From IMG/VR virus record IMGVR_UViG_3300043473_000028: a stretch of 20,000 nucleotides of DNA; one strand, 5' to 3'. Below, one piece after another: positions 9,290-17,545 of the stretch; within the stretch, counting starts at the first letter, position 1, and the number at the start of each line of letters is the position of its first letter. This stretch comes from an uncultured virus (IMG/VR IMGVR_UViG_3300043473_000028). Taxonomy: Duplodnaviria; Heunggongvirae; Uroviricota; Caudoviricetes. The position numbers and the translations under genes were made by a program. The notes under the pieces were generated by a model. That model was not told the DNA's origin, did not search any database, and was given only the letters and a program-made list of their open reading frames with translations.

Positions 9290-10072
9290 ATGGTTCTGAG
9301 ATTTGAGCGCAAGACCTACTTTGATGAGGTGCGGGACACCCTGTTCTACGGCAAGATGAACCAACAGCAGGTTGACGGCCAAGAGTTCATCCTAGACACA
9401 TGGGAAGATACCCGGCACCTGCAAGACTTCAGGTTCTTGGCCTATGAATTAGCGACCACCATTCATGAAACCGCCAGCACAATGTGGCCCATTGAAGAGT
9501 ACGGCAAGGGCAAGGGCATGCCCTATGGCGTGCCTGACCCGGTGACAGGTGAGACTTACTATGGCAGGGGCTTTGTCCAACTGACGTGGAAAGACAACTA
9601 CAAGTTCATGACGCCCATCGTTGACCCTCTATTCCCGTCAATACCGGTTGATTTTGTCAAGAGCGCAGCACAGGCGCTGGTGCCTGAGCTTGCCGCCGCC
9701 GTGATGTTTGAGGGCATGGAGAGGGGCAGCTTCAGAAAAGACAACAAGGGGCCGCACACGCTTATTCGCTACTTTGACGATGACACCGATGACGCCTACG
9801 GCGCGCGTGAAATCATCAACGGCGACAAGACCAAGGTGCCAAGCTGGTCAAACAACGTCTCAATCGGCAACCTGATTGCGGGCTACCACAACAAGTTTCT
9901 GCACGCGCTCACCACCAGCGCTGAGAAGCTGATCCCACCGATCCCGCAGCCAATGCCCCCGGATGGCCCGGCGCAGCCGGGGGATGCTGTGCAGGCGGCC
10001 TTCACCGTGCCCACGGGTGAAACCCTGCTGATCACCGTCAACGGCCAGTTGGTGCAGATAGGGGCCGTGTGA
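9290..10072 (+). CDS. Endolysin, glycoside hydrolase family 19 (chitinase-like)
   Basis: LAYELATTIHETASTMWPIEEYG (catalytic Glu region), YYGRGFVQLTWKDNY and AREIING are GH19 phage-lysin motifs. RBS GAGGTG at 9278 favours ATG 9290 over GTG 9281. Confidence 0.9.
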   Translation: MVLRFERKTYFDEVRDTLFYGKMNQQQVDGQEFILDTWEDTRHLQDFRFLAYELATTIHETASTMWPIEEYGKGKGMPYGVPDPVTGETYYGRGFVQLTWKDNYKFMTPIVDPLFPSIPVDFVKSAAQALVPELAAAVMFEGMERGSFRKDNKGPHTLIRYFDDDTDDAYGAREIINGDKTKVPSWSNNVSIGNLIAGYHNKFLHALTTSAEKLIPPIPQPMPPDGPAQPGDAVQAAFTVPTGETLLITVNGQLVQIGAV

Positions 10073-10827
10073 TGGTGGCGCTGTATGACCCGGTGCTGGT
10101 GACGCCTACCGGTGACGTAGGCTGGGTCATCGGTGAGCGCGGCGGGCCTGAGGGCTGGATTGAGTATCAGGTTGACGGCCACAAGATGGAAACGTCTGAC
10201 TGGTACAGGGAATATGATCTGTCGCCCCGCGCGCGGCCCATCATGCCTACCATCGGCAGTCTGGTCTATTGCTACGCCCAGCAGTGTGAGGTGCTGGCGC
10301 ATGACTATGCGGCGGGCACCCTCTATCTGGTTGCCCCGCAGCCCATCAAGGATGGCAAGTTTGAGTGCCTGCACCGCTACCCCAAGGTGCCGCAGGCGCA
10401 CCTTGCCATCTGGCACGGTGAGAGCAGTGAACTGATGGACATGACCACCGTCTGCGGCATTGTTGACGGTGAGACGTGGGTGGCGCTGCCGCAGTTTCTC
10501 AAGCTGCGGTTCAACAGCGCCATGGGGCCGTGGGCCACGGTTGAAGACGGCGATCTGCGCGTTGACATGGCCGGTGACGCCACGGCTGAGTTTCAGGTGA
10601 CCGTTTCACAGAAGGCAAACAACTACGCCATATTCGGCATAGGTTGGGATGGTGCCCCGGCCACAGAGTTTGGCCGCATTCTGCTGGCGGGTGCCGCGCC
10701 AGCCCGCTATACGCTCAGGCGCACCGTGCAGGTGGCTGAGGCGGGCCACCTTCTGGCGTTCTACATTTCATCCGACGATGCCTCAAAAGCCCTCACATGG
10801 TCTGAGGGGGAATTGGTGATCACATGA
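10072..10827 (+). CDS. Hypothetical protein
   Basis: TGATG coupling to the endolysin stop and ATGA coupling to the next gene. 251 aa, beta-rich. No family recognised. Confidence 0.72.
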   Translation: MVALYDPVLVTPTGDVGWVIGERGGPEGWIEYQVDGHKMETSDWYREYDLSPRARPIMPTIGSLVYCYAQQCEVLAHDYAAGTLYLVAPQPIKDGKFECLHRYPKVPQAHLAIWHGESSELMDMTTVCGIVDGETWVALPQFLKLRFNSAMGPWATVEDGDLRVDMAGDATAEFQVTVSQKANNYAIFGIGWDGAPATEFGRILLAGAAPARYTLRRTVQVAEAGHLLAFYISSDDASKALTWSEGELVIT

Positions 10828-11051
10828 CACTGGCTGGCATACTTCTGGGCGTCATCAACATCGCTATCGTGGTGGCAATTCTGATGCTGATAGGGGCCGT
10901 CATCGTTTGGTTCCTATCACTGATGAGCTACCCGGTGCCCGCCAACGTGCAGCGGGGCTACATGGGGGTGGTGGCGCTGATCGCGCTCTACATGCTGGTG
11001 GCGCTGCTTTTGGGCATACCAAGCATCCACATCATCACCAGCGCCGCTTAA
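10824..11051 (+). CDS. Small two-TM membrane protein (holin candidate)
   Basis: 75 aa with two long hydrophobic helices separated by YPVPANVQR. RBS GAGGGG upstream. Lies in the lysis region. Confidence 0.72.
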   Translation: MTLAGILLGVINIAIVVAILMLIGAVIVWFLSLMSYPVPANVQRGYMGVVALIALYMLVALLLGIPSIHIITSAA

Positions 11052-11165
11052 AATGCCCGCTGCGGGGCCAGCCAGCGTCACCAGAGCGTTTCTGGGGTCT
11101 GGCCGGTGTCTGGTGCCAGTTTTGGCCTGACGCCCCTCTACGGGGCCAGTGTGAAGGTTTTTGCG

Positions 11166-11363
11166 ATGTCTGAAGAGGCCCCGGTGGCCATACCCACCGA
11201 TTTCTACACTGAAGACGGGTTTGTGAAGTCAATCAGCATGAGTTCACACCCGGCTGTGGGTGACACCGTGGTGGTTGACGGCCAGATGTACAAGGTGACC
11301 GCCCGTAGCTGGGATTGTGACGTTGGCGGCATGCCGCTGCTGGTGCGCATCCGCGTAGAATAG
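11166..11363 (+). CDS. Small hypothetical protein
   Basis: GAAGGT upstream of ATG 11166. 65 aa with a P.VGDTVVVDG..YKVT.R.W small beta-barrel-like pattern. Followed by a hairpin. Confidence 0.6.
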   Translation: MSEEAPVAIPTDFYTEDGFVKSISMSSHPAVGDTVVVDGQMYKVTARSWDCDVGGMPLLVRIRVE

Positions 11364-11388
11364 GGGCGGCCCATCTGAGAGCCGCCCC
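11363..11388. terminator. GC-rich hairpin at the convergence of late genes and minus-strand genes
   Basis: GGGGCGGC-ccatctgaga-GCCGCCCC perfect 8-bp stem between convergent stops. No strong U-tract. Confidence 0.5.
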
Positions 11389-11429
11389 CAACCCCACTGC
11401 CTGCCGGGCGGGGGGCTTGCTTAGGGCAG

Positions 11430-12197
11430 TCAGGCAGGCGTGGAATGATTGCGGCGGTGACGCCGTAGCAACAACAGGCCGCCAACTGCGGTGCCAAACA
11501 GCGGCAGCGCGGCGGGCAGCGGCACGGGTGACGGTGCTGCGTTCAGAAAGAAGCTGTCTGGCCCGTCATTCATGTCTGACATGCGGGCAAGAAACAGTAC
11601 CGTGTCACCGATGCTGATATCGTTGCGGTTCAGGTCAAAGCCGGTGATGGAGTAGTCGGGATACCCGGTGCCGTTGTTGGCTGAGGGGATGTTGCCCGTG
11701 GTGCCGCCAGTGAAGCTGGCCAGCACGGTGTGCGTGGTGAGGTTCAAGAACCAGAAGCTGTTCAGCGTCTGCGGCGTGCCGGTGTCGTTGACATCAAGGC
11801 CGACGCTGAAGGTTGTGCTGCCAAGACCGCCGCCAGCCTCAAGAAAATTTCTGAACAGACTGCCAGAGCCGATCTGGTAGCCGACACCGATGACATCATC
11901 GCCAAGCGTAGCCCGGCCAGAACCACCATCAGAGAAGGCGCTGATGCCGCTGAGATTGCCAGCGTTCTTGAAGTCGTTGTAGCCAAAGCCCGCAGGCTGC
12001 TGAGGCTGGTTTGCCCCGCAGATGAGGCATGGTGAGTTCTGCGGCTGGTTGCCAGCGGGCACCACCGCGCCAAGGCTCAGGTTGCCAGAGTTGGTGGTAT
12101 CCCACTGCACGCCGCCAAGCGTGACAAAGGTTGCGGCCTGAGCCGGTACAATCCAAGCCAGCAGCGATAGGGCCGCTGCTCCCAATATAGTTTTCAT
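11430..12197 (-). CDS. Secreted VPLPA-CTERM (PEP-CTERM-type) sorting-domain protein
   Basis: ATG 12197 is preceded by GGGGATGG. Sec signal peptide MKTILGAAALSLLAWIVPAQA-A. Mature region is Gly/Asn/Ser/Thr/Asp-rich. C-terminus PSPVPLPAALPLFGTAVGGLLLLRRHRR gives motif + TM helix + Arg cluster. Confidence 0.92.
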   Translation of the reverse strand: MKTILGAAALSLLAWIVPAQAATFVTLGGVQWDTTNSGNLSLGAVVPAGNQPQNSPCLICGANQPQQPAGFGYNDFKNAGNLSGISAFSDGGSGRATLGDDVIGVGYQIGSGSLFRNFLEAGGGLGSTTFSVGLDVNDTGTPQTLNSFWFLNLTTHTVLASFTGGTTGNIPSANNGTGYPDYSITGFDLNRNDISIGDTVLFLARMSDMNDGPDSFFLNAAPSPVPLPAALPLFGTAVGGLLLLRRHRRNHSTPA

Positions 12198-12263
12198 GAT
12201 ATGCCATCCCCAAATTTTGAGCCGCGCACCACGCCAGCGGCCCCCTGTGGCGTCTGCACCGAC

Positions 12264-12292
12264 ATAGTACACCCGGTGCCAAAAGGTGAAAG
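12264..12292 (-). promoter_or_regulatory. Candidate promoter of the VPLPA-CTERM gene
   Basis: Minus strand reads CTTTCA-N17-TACTAT, about 65 nt upstream of the ATG. The -35 match is weak. Confidence 0.35.
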
Positions 12293-12329
12293 GGGGCGGC
12301 CCCAACCAACCAAAGTTTAGACCGCCCCC
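12281..12329 (-). terminator. Intrinsic terminator downstream of the helicase
   Basis: Minus strand reads GGGGGCGGTCT...GGGGCCGCCCCC followed by TTTCACCTTTT, about 45 nt after the helicase stop. Confidence 0.62.
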
Positions 12330-12372
12330 CTACCGCCACACGCTGTGCCCGTGAAGTCACAGCGGGCAGTAT

Positions 12373-13875
12373 TCAAATCCATGCCTCAAGTCCGTCTTGC
12401 ACCACGGCGCGGGCAACGCTGCGCTTGGCGCGCAGGGCCCGTATGATCTTTTCATCCACGCTGTCTGGCGTCACCAGATCAACATAGGTCACTGTGCCCT
12501 TGGTGCCAATGCGGTGGGTACGATCTTCTGACTGTTCACGTATTTCCCAATCATACCCGTTTGAATAGTAGATGACCAAGGTGGCCGCCGTCCATGTGCG
12601 GCCACGCGCGCCTGCTTGGTCAGTGGCAACCATGAAGCGGCGGCGGCCAGCCTGAAAATCAGCCTCACCCGCCTCACGTTGGGCCATGCCGATTTCACCG
12701 TGCCATTCAGCCACACTATCATCACCGTACAGCTTACGCAATTCGCCTGCCACCAATAATGCGTCAGGCCGCCAGTGGCACCAGATCACCACCTGCTCTT
12801 CAGTGGCACCCACGATGTCAGCCACCGCCGCCATGCGGTTGCTGTCAAGGCGGCGTAGCACGCCGTCATCGGTCTTGACGTGGCCGCAGATGACGCAGTG
12901 CATGCGCATAAGCTGGGTGACCACTAATTCGGTACTCACCTCAGCATAGGTGGTGAGGTGCTTGATGCTGACCTTGGCCAGCGCAAACTCACGCAGTTCA
13001 CGGTAGACGGTCTTCTGTTCGGCAGTAAGCTCAACCTCCCAGTACTGGTACTGCTTGGGCGGCAGATCAAGGCAATCCACCTTGCGCCGCCTGAAGCTGT
13101 ACATCGCCACCAGCCGCTGAAGCTCTTCGGTGTTGGCCGGGCCAGCCTCTTTTCTAACGGTGTGCCCACCCGCCTGTATCTGGATCATTTTGTTGAAGTG
13201 CGCCTGAAACAGGATGAATTTTCTGAAGCCCAGCGGGTTGTTGTTGGGCCGCAGAAACTCAAACTGCCCCCACAGGTCAGACTGTGAGCCTGTGGACGGT
13301 GAGCCGGTCATGATGCGGCGCATGGCGGCGCGCAGGCTCAGCTTGTGCAGCAACTTGGTGCGCTGGGCCTTGGGGTTCTTCATGATGGTGGATTCGTCCA
13401 CCACGATCATGGTGCGGTAGACCTTGCAGAACTCCATGACCAGTTCAGCCGCGTCCACGGTGGTGGCCAGAGCCTCTACGTTGACCAGCAGGATGCGCGG
13501 GCTGGGCTGCTGGTTGTCCAGCAGCCACCTGCGCGCGGCGGCATCGGGCGTCTTGCGCCCGGCGCGGTACATGTAGACCCGCGCGGTGTCTTGGTACTTG
13601 GCCCACATCCAGCGCTGAAGCTCACCGGGGTTGCCATCGTCTTCACGGGCCCAGTTGCCATAGACGCCCTTGGGGGCAACCACCAGCAGGCCGTCCACGC
13701 GGTCATCTTCATAGTTCAGCAGAAAGTCATCCAGCGCGATGCGGGTTTTGCCCAAGCCCATCTCAAGGAAATAGGCAAAGAAGTCACGCCGCCAGCCGTA
13801 GCTGAGCGCCTCATACTGGTGCGCCAGCGGCGTTGAGCGGGGGGCGTAGGTGGTGGGGATGTCTTGGTAGGTCAT
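12373..13875 (-). CDS. SNF2-family (SF2) helicase/ATPase
   Basis: HQ motif, motif I LEMGLGKT, LVVAPK, motif II VVDEST, motif III MTGSP, LPPKQY, VVIWC, GRGRTWTAA and motif VI QSEDRTHRIG. Start placed at ATG 13875 (alternative 13887). The track's extension to 13962 is unlikely. Confidence 0.93.
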   Translation of the reverse strand: MTYQDIPTTYAPRSTPLAHQYEALSYGWRRDFFAYFLEMGLGKTRIALDDFLLNYEDDRVDGLLVVAPKGVYGNWAREDDGNPGELQRWMWAKYQDTARVYMYRAGRKTPDAAARRWLLDNQQPSPRILLVNVEALATTVDAAELVMEFCKVYRTMIVVDESTIMKNPKAQRTKLLHKLSLRAAMRRIMTGSPSTGSQSDLWGQFEFLRPNNNPLGFRKFILFQAHFNKMIQIQAGGHTVRKEAGPANTEELQRLVAMYSFRRRKVDCLDLPPKQYQYWEVELTAEQKTVYRELREFALAKVSIKHLTTYAEVSTELVVTQLMRMHCVICGHVKTDDGVLRRLDSNRMAAVADIVGATEEQVVIWCHWRPDALLVAGELRKLYGDDSVAEWHGEIGMAQREAGEADFQAGRRRFMVATDQAGARGRTWTAATLVIYYSNGYDWEIREQSEDRTHRIGTKGTVTYVDLVTPDSVDEKIIRALRAKRSVARAVVQDGLEAWI

Positions 13876-13882
13876 TGAAAAC

Positions 13883-13912
13883 AGCATACATTCGCTTGCT
13901 TCAGGATGTAAA
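13883..13912 (-). promoter_or_regulatory. Sigma70-like promoter for the helicase
   Basis: TTTACA (13912-13907)-N18-TATGCT (13888-13883), 7 nt before ATG 13875. Confidence 0.55.
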
Positions 13913-14054
13913 GTGGCATGCAGCCGGGGCGTAACCGGGGTGAATTGGGTAGAAATCTGCACTGGGCCAACGGGGGATGTCAGGGTGAGCCAATGGTGAG
14001 ACGGGGTGACCGGGGGGCTAGAGATGGCTGTTTTGCCCCGTTTTCTCCAGATTG

Positions 14055-14185
14055 TGCTATGAGTGCTAAGGTCTGCTAAGGCAAAAAGCTATAAGAAACA
14101 ACGTGTTGTGTGCGTGCGTAGCGTTTTAGCGCCTTATCATTAACTTCTCACATCACATATTCATTTTTCTCAGCCATATATATAC
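14055..14185. repeat. Iteron-like repeats plus AT-rich tract (origin/operator candidate)
   Basis: TGCTA at 14055, 14064 and 14074 (TGCTAAGG twice, 10 bp apart). Inverted TAGCG copies at 14119 and 14127, and CCTTATCA at 14132. AT-rich 14140-14185. Confidence 0.5.
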
Positions 14186-14192
14186 ACCCCGG

Positions 14193-14221
14193 TTTACAAG
14201 CCCACGGGCCGAGCGTACCGT
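14193..14221 (+). promoter_or_regulatory. Sigma70-like promoter for the replication operon
   Basis: TTTACA (14193)-N17-TACCGT (14216). RBS ATAGGGG precedes ATG 14254. Confidence 0.6.
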
Positions 14222-14253
14222 GTTCAGGCAACCCAAAACTGGATAGGGGCTCA

Positions 14254-14853
14254 ATGACAAAAGCAGACGATGAACTGGCGGCGGCGCTGGTGGCTGAGGC
14301 CATGGACGCAGCCAAAGCCAACCCCCCGGATGACCGGGCCGACACGCTTGAACGCATGCAAGAGCTTGCGTCTGAGGTAGCCGACATAGATGAGCGCATC
14401 GCCAAGAATGAAGCGCGCATCAGAGAACTGCAAGCCCGCCGCGTCACCATCGTGACCGGCGATCTGGTGAGCCTGATGGATGACGCCCACGTGTCCATGC
14501 TTGAGGTGGGCAGCAATGTGTTCAAGGCGCAGGCGTACTACAAGGCGGTGATACCCATAGAGAACCCTGAGCCGGGCTTGAACTGGCTTGAGGCCAACGA
14601 TGCTGGTGACCTGATCAAGAATGAGGTGGTGCTGGCATTTCCACGCGGCGCTGAGGATGATGCCAAGCTGGCTGAAGACCTGTGCCGCAAGCGTTTTCAA
14701 CAGGCTGACGTGATCCGCAAGCGTACTGTCCACTGGGCAACGTTGACAAGCTGGCTGAAGGAAACGCATGAAGGTGGGCACCTCATGCCACCGCTTGAAC
14801 TGATCGGCGGCGCGGTGGGCCGCATAGTGAAAATCACAACCAAGAAGGACTAG
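14254..14853 (+). CDS. Conserved phage replication-cluster protein of unknown function
   Basis: N-terminal coiled coil, then WLEANDAGDLIKNEV and VHWATLTSWLKE. This pattern is typical of proteins preceding SSB-like genes in phage replication modules. Confidence 0.75.
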   Translation: MTKADDELAAALVAEAMDAAKANPPDDRADTLERMQELASEVADIDERIAKNEARIRELQARRVTIVTGDLVSLMDDAHVSMLEVGSNVFKAQAYYKAVIPIENPEPGLNWLEANDAGDLIKNEVVLAFPRGAEDDAKLAEDLCRKRFQQADVIRKRTVHWATLTSWLKETHEGGHLMPPLELIGGAVGRIVKITTKKD

Positions 14854-14861
14854 GTGAGAAC

Positions 14862-15755
14862 ATGGCCAAAGAAGTAGCTAAGACCAAGAACGGCAACGGC
14901 ACCGATCTGATCACTGATGACATGCTCAGTGAGATGATCGCCAATGCCGGTGCCGGTGTCAGCACGGCGTCTGACGATAACATCCTACCATTCATCGTCT
15001 TGCTTCAGGACATGAACCCTGAGGTCAAGAAGCGCGATCCCGGCTACGTTGAGGGCGCTGAGGCGGGCATGTACATGAACCGCGCCACCAAGGCCCTGTA
15101 CGCTGGTGACGCCGACACAGCCACCCGCACCGGCAAGCCGCAGCTTGAGTTTCAGCACTGCGTGCTGACCAAGGAAATTGTTGAGTGGATACCGCGCACG
15201 GAGGGCGGCGGCTTTGTGGCCCGGCATGAACTGCGGGGCACCGTTGAGGACAGCATGCGCAAGCTGGGCGGCAGGCTGGTGGCTGACCCGCAAGACCCCA
15301 ACAAGAGCATCTGGAAGACGCCGGATGGCCGCCACGATCTGGTTGAGACGCGCTATCATTTTGGCAACATCATCAACGACGATCAGCCGCAGCCCGCCGT
15401 CATTGCCTTCAAAAGCACCGGCCACACCGCCAGCAAGGCGTGGAATACGCTGATGCTGGGCTTCAAGATCATTGGCAGGGATGGCAAGCCCGCGCTTGAC
15501 CCGGTAACCGGTGCCATCCTGTCCATGCCCGCCTACTTCAGGCGCTACATCGTCGGCTCTACCCCCAAGGAAAATAACAAGGGCAGCTTCTTTGTCACCA
15601 CGGTGACCGATGGCGGCGTCATCCGTGACGCGGGCATCAGGGCGGCGGGCCTGACACTGCTTGAGGGTGCCAAGGCTGGCCTGATCAAGGCCAGCACTGA
15701 TGAGGATGGCGGCGGCTCTGGCCGTGGCGGCGCTGAGGTTTCTGACGAAATCTGA
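14862..15755 (+). CDS. Putative ssDNA-binding protein
   Basis: RBS AGGTGAG. LPFIVLLQDMNPEV...GAEAG...VEW.PR..GGGFV...ET.YHF...KSTG...SK.WN...N.KGSFF. Flexible acidic tail EDGGGSGRGGAEVSDEI. Lies upstream of the primase. Confidence 0.62.
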   Translation: MAKEVAKTKNGNGTDLITDDMLSEMIANAGAGVSTASDDNILPFIVLLQDMNPEVKKRDPGYVEGAEAGMYMNRATKALYAGDADTATRTGKPQLEFQHCVLTKEIVEWIPRTEGGGFVARHELRGTVEDSMRKLGGRLVADPQDPNKSIWKTPDGRHDLVETRYHFGNIINDDQPQPAVIAFKSTGHTASKAWNTLMLGFKIIGRDGKPALDPVTGAILSMPAYFRRYIVGSTPKENNKGSFFVTTVTDGGVIRDAGIRAAGLTLLEGAKAGLIKASTDEDGGGSGRGGAEVSDEI

Positions 15756-15860
15756 GCCATCCAAAAGGTCTAGCATAGCCTGCTTTGTAGCCGGATAGCA
15801 CCCGGCCAGCGAACACCAAGTATGCCCCCTATCTGAGCCCCCCAGAAAGGACGCTGCCCC

Positions 15861-17498
15861 ATGGTTGATGAAGCTGACGCCCAGCGCATGCTGCGCGTGT
15901 TTGAAGGTTACCACGACGCTTACGGTTCATACGATCCTACCGCCAAAGGCAAAAAAGACGGCGATAGCATACGCAGCGGCAAGGTTGAAATCAAAGCCAC
16001 GGCCTTCACCCGGCGTAAGGCGGTCACCATAGAGCTTTGGCTTGACCACCTGAACGGCAAGACGCCGCTGGGTATCATCCCGATCCGCGCCGACAACACG
16101 TGCATGTGGGGCTGCATTGACGTTGACGAATACGGTGTTGATATCTTTGCCCTGTACAGACGCCTGAAGAAAGAGGACATCACCAACGTCATCATCTGCG
16201 GCTCAAAATCCAAGGGTGCGCATATCTTCATGCCGTTCAGCGGTAGCGGGGTTGAGGCTGGTGAGCTTCAGTTCACCCTGCAACAGGCGGCGGCGCTGAT
16301 CGGGCGGGGTAGCTCAGAGATATTCCCCAAACAGCGCAGCGTAGCGCTTGAGCGTGGTGACTTGGGCTCATGGCTGAACATGCCTTACTTTGGTGACGCC
16401 CGCTGGGCCTACCGTGAGCCGGTGGACGTTCTGGATGACAGAGGGAATATCATAAAGGCAGAACCCTTCAACCCTGATGACCCAACGATACGCCTGCCGC
16501 TGAAAGAGTTTCTAACCAAGATTGAGGGCCTGCGGCAGACGGTAGACGCGCTTGATGAAAAAGAGGCTGCGCGTGAGCAAGGCCGCAGCACGGGCCACAT
16601 AGACTTTGCCGATGGCCCGCCCTGCCTGCAACACCTGTCTGACATTGGTGTTTATCAGGGTGGCCGCAATGAGGGGCTGATGGCCTTTGGCGTCTTTGCC
16701 AAGAAGAAATACCCCAATGATTGGGAAGGACACCTTGAACGCTGGAACCATACTTTTTTCAAGCCAGCGCTACCGGCTGAAGAGGTGGCTGACATTATCA
16801 AGCGGCTGCGGCAGAAGGACTACTACTACCCGTGCAAGAAACAGCCCATCGTGGCGCACTGCCAGAGCGCCCTGTGCCGCACGCGCAAGTACGGCGTGGC
16901 GTCGGGCTCTACAGACAGCCTGCCGGTCATTGGCGGCCTGTCTGTGCTGCCCACAGACCCGCCGTTGTGGTTTGTGGATGTGGGTGAACACCGCGTTGAA
17001 CTGACCACTGAGCAATTGATCAATTACAGCCATTTCAGGCTGGTCTGCGCCAACAAGTTTCACGCCTATTTTGACAGCATGAAGCAAGATGCTTGGGGAA
17101 TGGTTGTTGGCCACGCCATGCGTGAGGTGAACAAGATTGAGATTTCTGAAGAGGTAGGTCTTGGCGGGCAGTTTGTTGAGATACTGGATGACTTTGTGAA
17201 CAACCAGCACCGGGGCCAGCACCGCGATGAAATTGCGCTGGGCCGCCCATGGTTCAATGACGCTGAGCAAAAGCACTATTTCAGGATGAAGGACCTAGCC
17301 AAGTTTCTGAACGATGCCAACTTCAAGACCTACTCACGCGCGCACGTGGCCACGCGCATACGGGCGCTGAGCGGTGACAACGGGCAACTGATGCTGAGCA
17401 ATGGCAAGAACGTGCGTGTCTGGTGGGTGCCCGCCGCGTTCATACCCAAGCCCATGCCAACAACTGCGCCCGCTGCCGTTGAGGGTGACCCCATCTGA
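15861..17498 (+). CDS. Archaeo-eukaryotic-type primase/polymerase (AEP) with PriCT-like domain
   Basis: HLNGK.PLGIIPI...CMWGCIDVD (DxD), SKSKGAHIF (His motif), EIFPKQ...GSWLNMPY, then PPCL...GGRNEGL...WN...PALP.EEV. No Walker A motif seen. Confidence 0.85.
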   Translation: MVDEADAQRMLRVFEGYHDAYGSYDPTAKGKKDGDSIRSGKVEIKATAFTRRKAVTIELWLDHLNGKTPLGIIPIRADNTCMWGCIDVDEYGVDIFALYRRLKKEDITNVIICGSKSKGAHIFMPFSGSGVEAGELQFTLQQAAALIGRGSSEIFPKQRSVALERGDLGSWLNMPYFGDARWAYREPVDVLDDRGNIIKAEPFNPDDPTIRLPLKEFLTKIEGLRQTVDALDEKEAAREQGRSTGHIDFADGPPCLQHLSDIGVYQGGRNEGLMAFGVFAKKKYPNDWEGHLERWNHTFFKPALPAEEVADIIKRLRQKDYYYPCKKQPIVAHCQSALCRTRKYGVASGSTDSLPVIGGLSVLPTDPPLWFVDVGEHRVELTTEQLINYSHFRLVCANKFHAYFDSMKQDAWGMVVGHAMREVNKIEISEEVGLGGQFVEILDDFVNNQHRGQHRDEIALGRPWFNDAEQKHYFRMKDLAKFLNDANFKTYSRAHVATRIRALSGDNGQLMLSNGKNVRVWWVPAAFIPKPMPTTAPAAVEGDPI

Positions 17499-17545
17499 GA
17501 GGGAATGTATAGTGGGGCCCTTCAACCAACCAAGAGGTTCTACCC

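Noticed and set aside
12198..12305. 36 aa N-terminal extension of the VPLPA-CTERM ORF in the track
   Set aside because: It runs through a terminator and candidate promoter. The signal peptide and RBS begin at ATG 12197.
13888..13962. N-terminal extension of the helicase ORF
   Set aside because: It uses a non-ATG start and covers the predicted promoter. Helicase motifs begin further downstream.
15756..15860. Possible tRNA/ncRNA in the SSB-primase gap
   Set aside because: There is no cloverleaf or T-loop consensus, only a short CCGG...CCGG stem.
14985..15914. 309 aa minus-strand ORF
   Set aside because: It is an antisense shadow of the SSB-like gene, overlaps the primase start, and has no recognisable motifs.
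12373..17498. SNF2 helicase plus TOTE-like AEP read as an anti-phage defence system
   Set aside because: Their context (SSB-like gene, origin-like region, virion genes) fits an ordinary phage replication module better.
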